Sequence record: SRR31156797_350
DNA: 56,183 nucleotides
Strand: one strand, 5' to 3'
Shown here: positions 36,409 to 45,919 of the stretch, in pieces
Layout of the letters: every line of letters begins with the position of its first letter
Numbering within the stretch: the stretch's first letter is position 1
Program-made: the position numbers and the translations under genes
The notes under the pieces: model-generated
Told to the model about the DNA's origin: nothing
The model's database searches: none
Seen by the model: only the letters and a program-made list of their open reading frames with translations

Positions 36409-39015
36409 TTATTCCTTCTGATTATCATCTTCCTTTGCCTCCACAACTTCTAATTGAGTATCTGAATCCTCATGTTCAGTAATCTCATTTTCCCTTGGTA
36501 GTGGATCAATTTCTTTAATCTTATCAATTTCGTAAATACTTAGTCTTTTACCTCTAGCCTTATACGATTTTACACCAATAAATTCAGCTCCTTCGATCAC
36601 CTCATCAGGTCGATCGTCGTTTTTTCCACCAAATGAGATTTCAAAACGTGGATACTGCTCATCAGTTAAGATCATTAATTTATTTTCTGCATTCTCTCCA
36701 ATAAATCCAACAGGTTTACCATTGCCCTCCATTGTAAAACGTTTCAAATAATAATATTCCTGATCGGCATCGTAGAACACAGCTGTCCAAACTTTCTCAG
36801 CATCATATTTCTCAATGATACTTATTGTATCAGAGTAATGATTACTTAAATCGAATCCTGTAAAATGGAAAGTTGCAGCTCTACGAATCACCAAAATTCT
36901 ATCATCACCCAAGAATTCTCCAAGGAAATCTCCCCTTTGGTCGGTATTCAATCTTAAAACATCTGGGTCAAACCAAATTTTTCGACCTCCAAGAGTAGAA
37001 ACACCTTCATGCTTTAAGGTAATTTTATGAACATCGTTTCTGGAAAGAATATTTCCCATGGATGCACGTCCTTTTACCGCCAATTCTGCAAAATCAAATT
37101 CAAAATTCAACTTTTTTAAACGCGGCTTAGGCTTAAGAACTACTCTGATTATTTCTGCTTCACCATTTGGATTGGCACTAAAATATAAAATTCTAGAGCC
37201 AGCAGTTCCTTTGGTTATATTGTACTCCTTATCACGAGTAATACTTGTTACCGAGAATCTTTTGATATAGCAAATTCCACCTTTTCCATCTCGATAAGCA
37301 ACATTGTAAATGGTTCGTTTATCATTTTTACGGAAAACAGCTATATGCAAAATATTTTTACCGATAAAAGATTTCTCCGCTACCTTGCTCACAAAGTAAG
37401 TTCCATCCTTACGGATTAAAATGATATCATCAATATCAGAACAATCGCAAACATACTCATCTTTTTTAAGACCAGTTCCCATGAAACCTTCCTCGCGATT
37501 GATGTATAATTTTTGATTTGCCACAACAACCTTTGTTGCTACAATATTTTCGAAACTTCTAATTTCCGTTTTACGCTCTCTTCCCTTACCATACTTTTTC
37601 TTAATTGCCTGGAAATAACGAATGGTAAATGGTATAATATTGGCAATATGAACATTAATTTCCTCAATTTCATCTTCGATAGACTGAATGAAATCTTTAG
37701 CTTTATCAATATCAAACTTAGAAATTCTCTTGATTTTGATCTCCGTTAACCGAACAATATCATCCTGTGTAACAGCGCGCATTAAATGCTTGGTATGTGG
37801 CTTTAAACCATCATCAATAGTTTTCAATACCGACTCCCAAGTTTCACACTCCTCAATGTCGCGATAAATCCTATTTTCAATAAAAATTCGCTCAAGCGAT
37901 GCATAGTGCCAGGCTTCTTCCAATTCGCGTTTGCGAATTTCGAGTTCAAGCTTAAGCAGTGCTACTGTATTATCTGCCGAACGTCGTAAAATTTCAGAAA
38001 TTCCAATAAACTTAGGCGTATCATTTTCAATAATACATGCATTTGGAGAAATTGAAATTTCACAATCTGTAAATGCATATAAGGCATCAATAGTCTTATC
38101 GGATGAAATTCCCGTTGCCAAATGAATTAATATCTCAACATCTGCAGCAGTATTGTCATCGATCTTTTTAATCTTGATTTTACTCTTATCGTTTGCCTTA
38201 ATAATCGAATCGATTACCGATGTAGTAGTCTTTCCATAAGGAATCTGAGTAATTTTTAAGGTTTTATTGTCAACCTTTTCAATTTTTGCACGAACCTTAA
38301 CCGCTCCTCCTCTTAATCCATCATTATAACGGCTTACTTCAATCATTCCTGCAGTAGGAAAGTCTGGATACAATTCAAACTCATCTCCTTTTAAATAGGA
38401 AATACAAGCTTGAATTAATTCATTAAAATTGTGAGGTAAAATTTTAGATGCTAAACCAACAGCAATTCCTTCTACTCCCTGAGCCAAAAGCAAAGGAAAC
38501 TTTACCGGAAGTGTTATTGGCTCTTTATTTCTACCATCATAAGATTGTTTCCAATTCGTAGTTTTTGGATTAAAAAGAACCTCTAAAGCAAATTTCGACA
38601 ATCGAGCTTCGATGTAACGAGGTGCAGCCGAAGAGTCCCCAGTTAGTATATTTCCCCAGTTTCCCTGGGTATCAATTAACAAATCTTTTTGTCCTAACTG
38701 TACAAGTGCATCACCAATAGAGGCATCTCCATGAGGGTGATACTGCATTGTATTACCAATAATGTTGGCAACTTTATTGTATCTGCCATCATCAAGCTGT
38801 TTCATGGCGTGTAATATTCTACGCTGAACAGGTTTTAATCCATCATTCACGTAGGGAACTGCACGTTCCAAAATTACATAAGATGCATAATCAAGAAACC
38901 AATCCTGATACATACCAGAAAGATAGGTAACATTACGCATCGCTTCGGATTGCGCACCATTTACCTCATTTTCCATTTCCTCTGGTGTTTCCATATCTTC
39001 TGTCTCTTCGCTCAT
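36409..39015 (-). CDS. parC: DNA topoisomerase IV subunit A
   Basis: DGLKPVQRRIL, YHPHGD, AAPRY (catalytic Tyr), GIAVG and PDFPT; Bacteroidota ParC type. Confidence 0.93.
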   Translation of the reverse strand: MSEETEDMETPEEMENEVNGAQSEAMRNVTYLSGMYQDWFLDYASYVILERAVPYVNDGLKPVQRRILHAMKQLDDGRYNKVANIIGNTMQYHPHGDASIGDALVQLGQKDLLIDTQGNWGNILTGDSSAAPRYIEARLSKFALEVLFNPKTTNWKQSYDGRNKEPITLPVKFPLLLAQGVEGIAVGLASKILPHNFNELIQACISYLKGDEFELYPDFPTAGMIEVSRYNDGLRGGAVKVRAKIEKVDNKTLKITQIPYGKTTTSVIDSIIKANDKSKIKIKKIDDNTAADVEILIHLATGISSDKTIDALYAFTDCEISISPNACIIENDTPKFIGISEILRRSADNTVALLKLELEIRKRELEEAWHYASLERIFIENRIYRDIEECETWESVLKTIDDGLKPHTKHLMRAVTQDDIVRLTEIKIKRISKFDIDKAKDFIQSIEDEIEEINVHIANIIPFTIRYFQAIKKKYGKGRERKTEIRSFENIVATKVVVANQKLYINREEGFMGTGLKKDEYVCDCSDIDDIILIRKDGTYFVSKVAEKSFIGKNILHIAVFRKNDKRTIYNVAYRDGKGGICYIKRFSVTSITRDKEYNITKGTAGSRILYFSANPNGEAEIIRVVLKPKPRLKKLNFEFDFAELAVKGRASMGNILSRNDVHKITLKHEGVSTLGGRKIWFDPDVLRLNTDQRGDFLGEFLGDDRILVIRRAATFHFTGFDLSNHYSDTISIIEKYDAEKVWTAVFYDADQEYYYLKRFTMEGNGKPVGFIGENAENKLMILTDEQYPRFEISFGGKNDDRPDEVIEGAEFIGVKSYKARGKRLSIYEIDKIKEIDPLPRENEITEHEDSDTQLEVVEAKEDDNQKE

Positions 39016-39102
39016 AGAGAAATTAGGGTTTAATTGTTAGAGTTCTTGGTCTAAGCCAATGGGAATTCGCTTTACTTCTAAATTTACATTCTTCAAATGC
39101 GT

Positions 39103-40935
39103 TTACACCTCATCCTTTTCAACATGCAAATTTTTGATAATAAATTCTTGTCGGTTCGGCGTATTCTTACCCATGTAGAATTCCAACATTCCCGAAACAG
39201 AATCATCTTTTTTCATTACAACAGGATCTAATCGAATATCTTTACCAATAAAGTTCTTAAACTCGTCTGGTGATATCTCTCCCAAACCTTTAAAGCGGGT
39301 AATTTCAGGTTTGGCTCCTAATCTTTTCATTGCTTTTTCTCTCTCTTCTTCGGAGTAGCAATAAACTGTTTTGCGTTTATTTCTTACTCTAAATAAAGGA
39401 GTTTGCAAGATGTACAAATGTCCACTTCTCACAATATCAGGAAAAAACTGAAGAAAGAAGGTAATCAACAACAGTCTAATGTGCATACCATCCACATCTG
39501 CATCCGTTGCGATAATCACATTGTTGTAACGTAAGCCTTCCATTCCGTCCTCGATATTCAAGGCTGCCTGAAGCAAATTAAACTCTTCGTTTTCGTAAAC
39601 AATTTTCTTGGTTAAACCATAAGTATTTAAAGGTTTCCCTTTCAAACTAAATACAGCTTGTGTGTTTACATTTCTTGATTTTGTGATTGAACCACTCGCA
39701 GAATCTCCCTCGGTAATAAATATCGATGTTTCTGATTTCTGTTCATGTTTCGTATTAAAGTGAACTCGGCAATCGCGAAGTTTACGATTGTGTAAACTTG
39801 CCTTTTTTGCTCTCTCTTTTGCTATTTTTTTGATACCGGAAATGGCTTTACGCTCTTTTTCCGATTCTAATATTTTCTTGTGAAGGATTTCTGCAACACT
39901 TGGATTCTTATGCAAATAATTATCCAAATTTGAGGTAACAAAATCCATAATAAAGTTACGAACCGAAGGACCTTTAGGACCTATATCTTTAGAACCCAAT
40001 TTGGTTTTGGTTTGCGATTCGAAAACCGGTTCTTCAACTTTTACACTTATTGCTGCAATAACTGAAGTTCTGATATCTGATATATCGAAATCTTTTTTGT
40101 AAAAATCACGAATGGCTTTTACTAAAGCTTCTCTAAAGGCAGCCAAATGAGTTCCTCCCTGCGTAGTATGCTGTCCGTTAACAAAGGAGTAATATTCCTC
40201 TCCATATTGGCGTCCGTGTGTTAAGGCAACCTCAATGTCTTCCCCTTTCATGTGTACAATGTTGTACAAAGGTTCAGAGTTCATGTTTTCATTCAATAAA
40301 TCAAGTAGTCCATTTTTAGATAAAAATCGTTGACCATTGAAATAGATTGAAAGTCCTGCATTCAAATACACATAGTTTTTCAGCATCGTTTCGATATACT
40401 CTGAAATAAACCTGTAATTCGAAAACAACTCTTCATCGGGATGAAAAGTAATCTTTACACCATTTTTTTCTTCACTTGCCTGAATATCCTCCTCGTGAAT
40501 TAAAGCACCTCTGCAAAACTGTGCTTTTTTCACCTCTCCATCGCGAAATGATTCTATAACGAATTCATCAGATAAAGCATTAACTGCTTTTATACCGACA
40601 CCATTTAAACCTACTGATTTTTTAAAGGCTTTTGAATCGTATTTTGCTCCGGTATTCATTTTAGAAGTAACATCTATTACTTTTCCCAAGGGAATACCAC
40701 GACCATAGTCGCGCACCGTTACTTTTCTATCTGTAATACTTACCTCAATTGATTTACCAATTCCCATGGCATACTCATCAATAGAGTTATCAATTACCTC
40801 TTTTATTAGAATATAGATACCATCATCATGAGAAGATCCATCGCCAAGCTTACCGATATACATACCGGGACGTTTACGAATATGCTCTTTCCAATCTAAT
40901 GTACGTATTGAGTCTTCAGAATATTTTGCAGTCAT
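39103..40935 (-). CDS. parE: DNA topoisomerase IV subunit B
   Basis: [38 protein letters not shown] and RFKGLGE motifs. Confidence 0.94.
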   Translation of the reverse strand: MTAKYSEDSIRTLDWKEHIRKRPGMYIGKLGDGSSHDDGIYILIKEVIDNSIDEYAMGIGKSIEVSITDRKVTVRDYGRGIPLGKVIDVTSKMNTGAKYDSKAFKKSVGLNGVGIKAVNALSDEFVIESFRDGEVKKAQFCRGALIHEEDIQASEEKNGVKITFHPDEELFSNYRFISEYIETMLKNYVYLNAGLSIYFNGQRFLSKNGLLDLLNENMNSEPLYNIVHMKGEDIEVALTHGRQYGEEYYSFVNGQHTTQGGTHLAAFREALVKAIRDFYKKDFDISDIRTSVIAAISVKVEEPVFESQTKTKLGSKDIGPKGPSVRNFIMDFVTSNLDNYLHKNPSVAEILHKKILESEKERKAISGIKKIAKERAKKASLHNRKLRDCRVHFNTKHEQKSETSIFITEGDSASGSITKSRNVNTQAVFSLKGKPLNTYGLTKKIVYENEEFNLLQAALNIEDGMEGLRYNNVIIATDADVDGMHIRLLLITFFLQFFPDIVRSGHLYILQTPLFRVRNKRKTVYCYSEEEREKAMKRLGAKPEITRFKGLGEISPDEFKNFIGKDIRLDPVVMKKDDSVSGMLEFYMGKNTPNRQEFIIKNLHVEKDEV

Positions 40936-40952
40936 GAAAAATCGCGTTTTTA

Positions 40953-40960
40953 CAAATATA
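40953..40960 (-). promoter_or_regulatory. -7 promoter element for parE-parC
   Basis: TATATTTG on the minus strand, 17 nt upstream of the ATG. Confidence 0.6.
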
Positions 40961-41202
40961 GCTAAAAGAACGATTCGTTAGAAAGTTGTTTATCAACAGG
41001 CTGTTAAAACGCACTAAAAATAAGCGTTAAGAGGATAGTTTAATAATTCTTATTTCACTAAAAATCAATCCAATTAGCTCTAGAGATCCAAAATGATTCC
41101 AAATAAGGAAGTGCATTTATTTTTAGATAATCACGGCAATAAATTTAACATTAATATACAAATCCGGTAAATATCGCAAGAAATAACGTGTTATAATAAG
41201 AA

Positions 41203-41895
41203 TTAGAATAATCCGTATTTAAGTAGTTTTTTAACCAAAAGGCAGATGGTTATTATTTCGATAGAAGCCACTCCAATTATAAGCCAAACTGTAGAATAAT
41301 CAATTCCTTTTACGCTTCGTCCAAGCTTTACCTGAGCAAATCCTCTTTTAATTGTCCACCATTGGGTTAATCGATAAACACCAAATCCGAGCAATAAACC
41401 AAGAAGCATTCCGCCAATAATATCACCAGGAAAATGTACACCTAAATAAATTCGCGTATACGCAACCAGCAACGACCAAGAAAACACAAAAAACGTATAC
41501 AGTCGATTTTTGAAGAGTAAAGAGGTAAACAAAGCAAATCCGAAGGAATTAGTGGCATGAGATGATACAAAACCAAATTTTCCGCCTGTATAGCCGCTAA
41601 CTAAGTTTATCATACCCTTTAAGGATGGGTCACGACTTGGGCGGAATCTTTCAAATACATTTTTGAAAAACTGAGTCGATATCTGATCACATAGGAATAC
41701 TAATAGAAATGCTCCTAAAATCCACCACACAGCTTCTTTACCCTTGAATTTATATATTTGATAAAGCAATAAAAGGTACAATGGAATCCAAAACTCTTTA
41801 CGGGTAAAAAACATCATTACAACATCCCAAAATGGCGTATTGTGGCTGTTCAGCCAAATTAAAAGTTCTTTATCCAGTTGAATTAGGGTTTCCAT
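41203..41895 (-). CDS. PAP2-family membrane phosphatase
   Basis: K....RFRP, SSHA and TRIYLGVHFPGD motifs. Confidence 0.9.
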   Translation of the reverse strand: METLIQLDKELLIWLNSHNTPFWDVVMMFFTRKEFWIPLYLLLLYQIYKFKGKEAVWWILGAFLLVFLCDQISTQFFKNVFERFRPSRDPSLKGMINLVSGYTGGKFGFVSSHATNSFGFALFTSLLFKNRLYTFFVFSWSLLVAYTRIYLGVHFPGDIIGGMLLGLLLGFGVYRLTQWWTIKRGFAQVKLGRSVKGIDYSTVWLIIGVASIEIITICLLVKKLLKYGLF

Positions 41896-41909
41896 TGACT
41901 ATTATTTTT

Positions 41910-42899
41910 TTATTGATTGATTGCTTTCCAAACCATGTCTTTCAGTTCCATCATCCCTTTCTGTGCTACCGATGATATAAACACAAATGGAATTTCAGGC
42001 AAATCTTCTTTTATTTCATCCATTAGCTCCTCATCCAACATATCTGATTTGGTAATGGCAAGTAATCTTTGCTTATCCAACAATTCAGGATTAAACTGCT
42101 TTAATTCATTTAAAAGAACTTTGTACTCTTTGTGAATATCATCACTGTCGGCAGCCACCATAAATAGTAAAACTGAATTTCGTTCGATATGACGTAAGAA
42201 TCTCAAACCTAATCCACGACCTTCGTGAGCTCCTTCTATAATACCAGGAATATCAGCCATTACAAAAGAACGATCATCGCGATATGCTACAATTCCTAAG
42301 TTTGGAACTAAAGTTGTAAAATGATATTCCGCAATTTTAGGCTTTGCTGCCGAAACTACAGAAAGTAAAGTTGATTTTCCTACACTTGGGAATCCAACCA
42401 AACCAACATCAGCTAAAACTTTCAATTCCAAAATAACCGACCTTTCAACTCTTTCGCCACCCGATTGTGCATAGCGAGGAGTTTGATTGGTAGATGAACG
42501 GAAATTCCAGTTTCCTAAACCTCCACGACCACCTTTTACAAGAATCTTTTCCTCACCATCTTCGGTTACATCAAAAATAACTTCTCCAGTTTCAGCATCA
42601 CGAGCCACAGTTCCTAATGGGACTTCAATTACCTCATCGTCACCATCACGACCAGTACTACGACTCTGACTACCAGAACCACCATCACCCCCAAAAATGT
42701 GACGGCTAAACTTCAAATGAATTAAGGTCCACAATTGAGAATTCGCACGAATAATAATGTGTCCTCCACGTCCACCATCTCCACCATCTGGTCCTCCTTT
42801 CATCGTTAACTTATCACGATGAAGGTGAGTAGAACCATTTCCTCCGGCTCCGGAGCGACAAAATATTTTTACGTAATCAACAAAGTTAGACCCCGACAT
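41910..42899 (-). CDS. obgE: GTPase ObgE/CgtA
   Basis: FVD start, glycine-rich Obg domain, [21 protein letters not shown] and TKSD. Confidence 0.96.
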   Translation of the reverse strand: MSGSNFVDYVKIFCRSGAGGNGSTHLHRDKLTMKGGPDGGDGGRGGHIIIRANSQLWTLIHLKFSRHIFGGDGGSGSQSRSTGRDGDDEVIEVPLGTVARDAETGEVIFDVTEDGEEKILVKGGRGGLGNWNFRSSTNQTPRYAQSGGERVERSVILELKVLADVGLVGFPSVGKSTLLSVVSAAKPKIAEYHFTTLVPNLGIVAYRDDRSFVMADIPGIIEGAHEGRGLGLRFLRHIERNSVLLFMVAADSDDIHKEYKVLLNELKQFNPELLDKQRLLAITKSDMLDEELMDEIKEDLPEIPFVFISSVAQKGMMELKDMVWKAINQ

Positions 42900-42911
42900 A
42901 ATTTTTTTCTT

Positions 42912-43517
42912 CTATTGAATTTCTGCGTATGCAGATTTTACTGATAATTGAGATTCTATCAAAATTGAAATACGTTCCAAAACTTCTTCTGTTGATCCCA
43001 TGGCATCAACAGAATGATAAACCCCCATTTTTTTATATTCTACCGCAATTGGTGCAGTAACATCATCATATATTCGCAAACGTTTTTCAATTACTTCGCG
43101 TCCGCTATCATCTGGTCTTCCTGAAGTTTCACCCCTTTTCAAGAGGCGCTGAATTAATTCTTCTTCTTCAACTTTCATTTCAACCACTATATCAACAATA
43201 CCATTTCGTTTGGCAAGCATATCCGAAAACACAGGAATTTGTCCTTCATGTCTTGGCATGCCATCGTAAACGAAACCCTTTGCCTCACTATTACTGTCAA
43301 GAAATTTCTCAACAATACGATACGCCAATTTGTCCGGAAAGAAATTCCCTCCATCGATCAACCTCTTTGCCTCTAATCCTTCAGGAGTTGCTTGTTTAAT
43401 TTCCTCTCGACAAACATCACCGGTCGACAAGTGGATTAAATCAAATTTTTCCTGTATTAATTTAGATTGGGTTCCTTTACCTGAGCCCGGAGGTCCAAAC
43501 AAAACAATATTCAACAT
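42912..43517 (-). CDS. adk: Adenylate kinase (short-LID type)
   Basis: GPPGSGKGTQ, STGD, DGMPR and R.DD motifs. Confidence 0.92.
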   Translation of the reverse strand: MLNIVLFGPPGSGKGTQSKLIQEKFDLIHLSTGDVCREEIKQATPEGLEAKRLIDGGNFFPDKLAYRIVEKFLDSNSEAKGFVYDGMPRHEGQIPVFSDMLAKRNGIVDIVVEMKVEEEELIQRLLKRGETSGRPDDSGREVIEKRLRIYDDVTAPIAVEYKKMGVYHSVDAMGSTEEVLERISILIESQLSVKSAYAEIQ

Positions 43518-43520
43518 TCA

Positions 43521-44063
43521 TTAATCAATTACAGTGTAAATGTCTGGAAGGTTTCTTCCAATTCCATCATAATCCAAACCTCTACCAACAATAAAATCAT
43601 TAGGAATATCCATACCTACGTAATCTATCTTCACATCTCGGATCAATGCATCTGGCTTAAATAACATTGTTGCTACCAAAACTTCTTTTGCATTGTAATC
43701 TTGGATTTGCTCAAGAGTATTCGAAATTGTAATACCAGTATCAACGATATCTTCCAACAAGACTACTGTACGATCATTTAAATCTTCGGTAAATCCCATT
43801 AATTTCTTCACCTTACCTGTTGTCTGCATTCCACCTTCATAAGAAGATAAACGCATAAAGGTAATTTGCGAATTCTCAACTGTGATTTGCTTCATTAAAT
43901 CTGAAGCGAACATGAACGATCCGTTAAGGATACAGATAAACAAAGGATCTTTCCCTTTCAAATCTTCATTCATTTTTTCCGCCATTTGGGTAATCACCTT
44001 ATCAATTTTCTCTGCAGGAATTGATACTCTAAACTCTCGATCCAGAAGTTTTACTGTTTTCAT
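43521..44063 (-). CDS. hpt: Hypoxanthine phosphoribosyltransferase
   Basis: LNGSF.F, SSY, EDIVDTG.T and FIVG.GLDY motifs. Confidence 0.94.
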   Translation of the reverse strand: MKTVKLLDREFRVSIPAEKIDKVITQMAEKMNEDLKGKDPLFICILNGSFMFASDLMKQITVENSQITFMRLSSYEGGMQTTGKVKKLMGFTEDLNDRTVVLLEDIVDTGITISNTLEQIQDYNAKEVLVATMLFKPDALIRDVKIDYVGMDIPNDFIVGRGLDYDGIGRNLPDIYTVID

Positions 44064-44303
44064 TGGTTGTAAATTTGTCTTAGTTGTCCGATCTCCCCCT
44101 TCAGAAAAACCCTGAATTATCGGGCGATTAAGGCAATGCCCTAAACTATCGTATTCGTAATATTATTCCATATTCATCAGGAAATAAAAAAATGTTTCAA
44201 TTCCAATGTGCAACATACATATTTTTTTTTCAATTTTACGCTTCAAAATAAGCGACTAATGCAGCTTCACAAATTGGAGTTAAAACAATTCCTGATTTTG
44301 CTG

Positions 44304-44311
44304 CAAAAGTA
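44304..44311 (-). promoter_or_regulatory. -7 promoter element for hpt-adk-obgE-PAP2 (implies a leader of about 230 nt)
   Basis: TACTTTTG followed by CAGC on the minus strand. Confidence 0.55.
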
Positions 44312-44355
44312 CAATTTTTTGTCATTTTATTTATTAAATCCACGAATAAAACCAC

Positions 44356-44862
44356 ATGAAAGCGAAAGTTAGTATTATTATGGGCAGTACATCTGATCTG
44401 CCAGTGATGGAGAAAGCAGCCAAAGTGCTTAACGATTTTAAAATTCCATTTGAAATCAATGCATTATCTGCACACAGAACTCCAGCAGAAGTTGAAAAAT
44501 TTGCAAAAAACGCAAAAGATAACGGAATCCAAGCTATTATTGCCGGTGCAGGTATGGCAGCACACCTACCAGGCGTAATTGCAGCCATGACTTCAATTCC
44601 AGTAATTGGAGTGCCAATTAACGCATCTCTTGATGGAATGGATGCTTTATTGAGTATTGCACAAATGCCTCCTGGAATTCCTGTTGCAACAGTTGGAATT
44701 AACGGTGCTATGAATGCAGGTATTCTTGCAGCTCAAATGTTAGCTGTTGGCGACGAAGAATTACAAAAAGCGGTTATTGATTTTAAAGAAGGCTTAAAAG
44801 AAAAAATCGTTAAAGCCAACCAAGAATTGTCTACTGTGAAATATGATTTCAAGACAAACTAA
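44356..44862 (+). CDS. purE: N5-CAIR mutase
   Basis: IMGS.SD, SAHRTP, AGAGMAAHLPG and QMPPGIPVATV motifs. Confidence 0.96.
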   Translation: MKAKVSIIMGSTSDLPVMEKAAKVLNDFKIPFEINALSAHRTPAEVEKFAKNAKDNGIQAIIAGAGMAAHLPGVIAAMTSIPVIGVPINASLDGMDALLSIAQMPPGIPVATVGINGAMNAGILAAQMLAVGDEELQKAVIDFKEGLKEKIVKANQELSTVKYDFKTN

Positions 44863-44883
44863 GAACCAATATTAAATACTTTG

Positions 44884-44920
44884 AAAAAAACTGCAGATCA
44901 TTATGATTTGCAGTTTTTTT
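44884..44920 (+). terminator. Intrinsic terminator after purE
   Basis: A7-CTGCAGATCAT-T-ATGATTTGCAG-T7. Confidence 0.88.
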
Positions 44921-45097
44921 GTTTTAATTTAATACTTCGAGTTTGTTGTTTTTATAATGAGTTTATTTTCAACAAATAAAAAGAACAAATTCAAAAATAA
45001 ATTAACAGCAACCAGATAGTAGTACTTTTCGCTACTACGTGATGTAAATTCTTCTCAGAGCACTAATTGTAAAGTAATATTTTTCATCCGTAATACT

Positions 45098-45910
45098 ATG
45101 AAAACTTTATTTCTTTTATGTGCGTTATTGTCACCTATTCAACTTTTAGCTTCAAATGAAAATCGCCTTGCAGGTGCTCGATCTGATGCAATGGGAAAAG
45201 CTTCTGTTGCACTCATCGATACCTGGTCAGGCTTTCACAATCAGGCTAGCTTAGCTCTTCTCGAGAAAAAATCGTTTGGCGCATACTACGAAAACAGATT
45301 TAAAAGCAAAGAATTAAGTACAAAAGCATTTTGTTTTAATCTTCCTTCGAAATTGGGAACTTTCTCGTTAAACTATACCCAGTTTGGTTTCAACCTGTAC
45401 AAAGATTCTAAAATTGGGATAGCATATGCCCGTGCATTAGGGAAACATTTTTGGGCAGGAATCCAATTGAATCAGATCCGTAAAGATTTAAATGCAGAAT
45501 ATGGCTCTCAAACCAAATACACGTTTGAACTTGGACTACTCGCCGAAATTTTCCCTGATTTTCATTTAGGCTTCCATCTTTTTAATCCTACTCAAGAAAA
45601 ATTTACCACATGGGATTACGATGACAAAATTCCAACAATAGGAAAATTAGGATTTTCCTGGAAATTATCGAATGGTACTATTATTAGTTCAGAAATTTTA
45701 AAAGATTTAAACGATGATTTTCAAATTAAAGGCGGTATTGAATATCCTGTCAGTAAAAAATTCTTTATTCGAGTTGGTGCATACAATCATCCAAACTCGA
45801 TAAGTATGGGCTTAGGATTCAATTTCTCTTCTGTCAAGGCAAATGTAGCATTCTCTCGCCATCCCGTTCTCGGATACACTCCATCTGCAGATTTAAGTTT
45901 GAAATTTTAG
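45098..45910 (+). CDS. Small outer-membrane beta-barrel, PorV/FadL-like
   Basis: Signal peptide; GARSDAMG...FHNQASL plug-like motif; amphipathic strands; C-terminal Phe. Confidence 0.6.
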   Translation: MKTLFLLCALLSPIQLLASNENRLAGARSDAMGKASVALIDTWSGFHNQASLALLEKKSFGAYYENRFKSKELSTKAFCFNLPSKLGTFSLNYTQFGFNLYKDSKIGIAYARALGKHFWAGIQLNQIRKDLNAEYGSQTKYTFELGLLAEIFPDFHLGFHLFNPTQEKFTTWDYDDKIPTIGKLGFSWKLSNGTIISSEILKDLNDDFQIKGGIEYPVSKKFFIRVGAYNHPNSISMGLGFNFSSVKANVAFSRHPVLGYTPSADLSLKF

Positions 45911-45919
45911 CAAAAACCC

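Noticed and set aside
38715-38745. Ala at the Ser80/83-equivalent of ParC (HPHGDASIGDA) as acquired quinolone resistance
   Set aside because: Appears to be the native Bacteroidota ParC sequence; nothing indicates a selected mutation.
44140-44185. Guanine/purine riboswitch in the hpt leader (AATATGG on the minus strand)
   Set aside because: Lacks the GTTTCTAC junction, the CCGTAAA loop and the P1-P3 helices.
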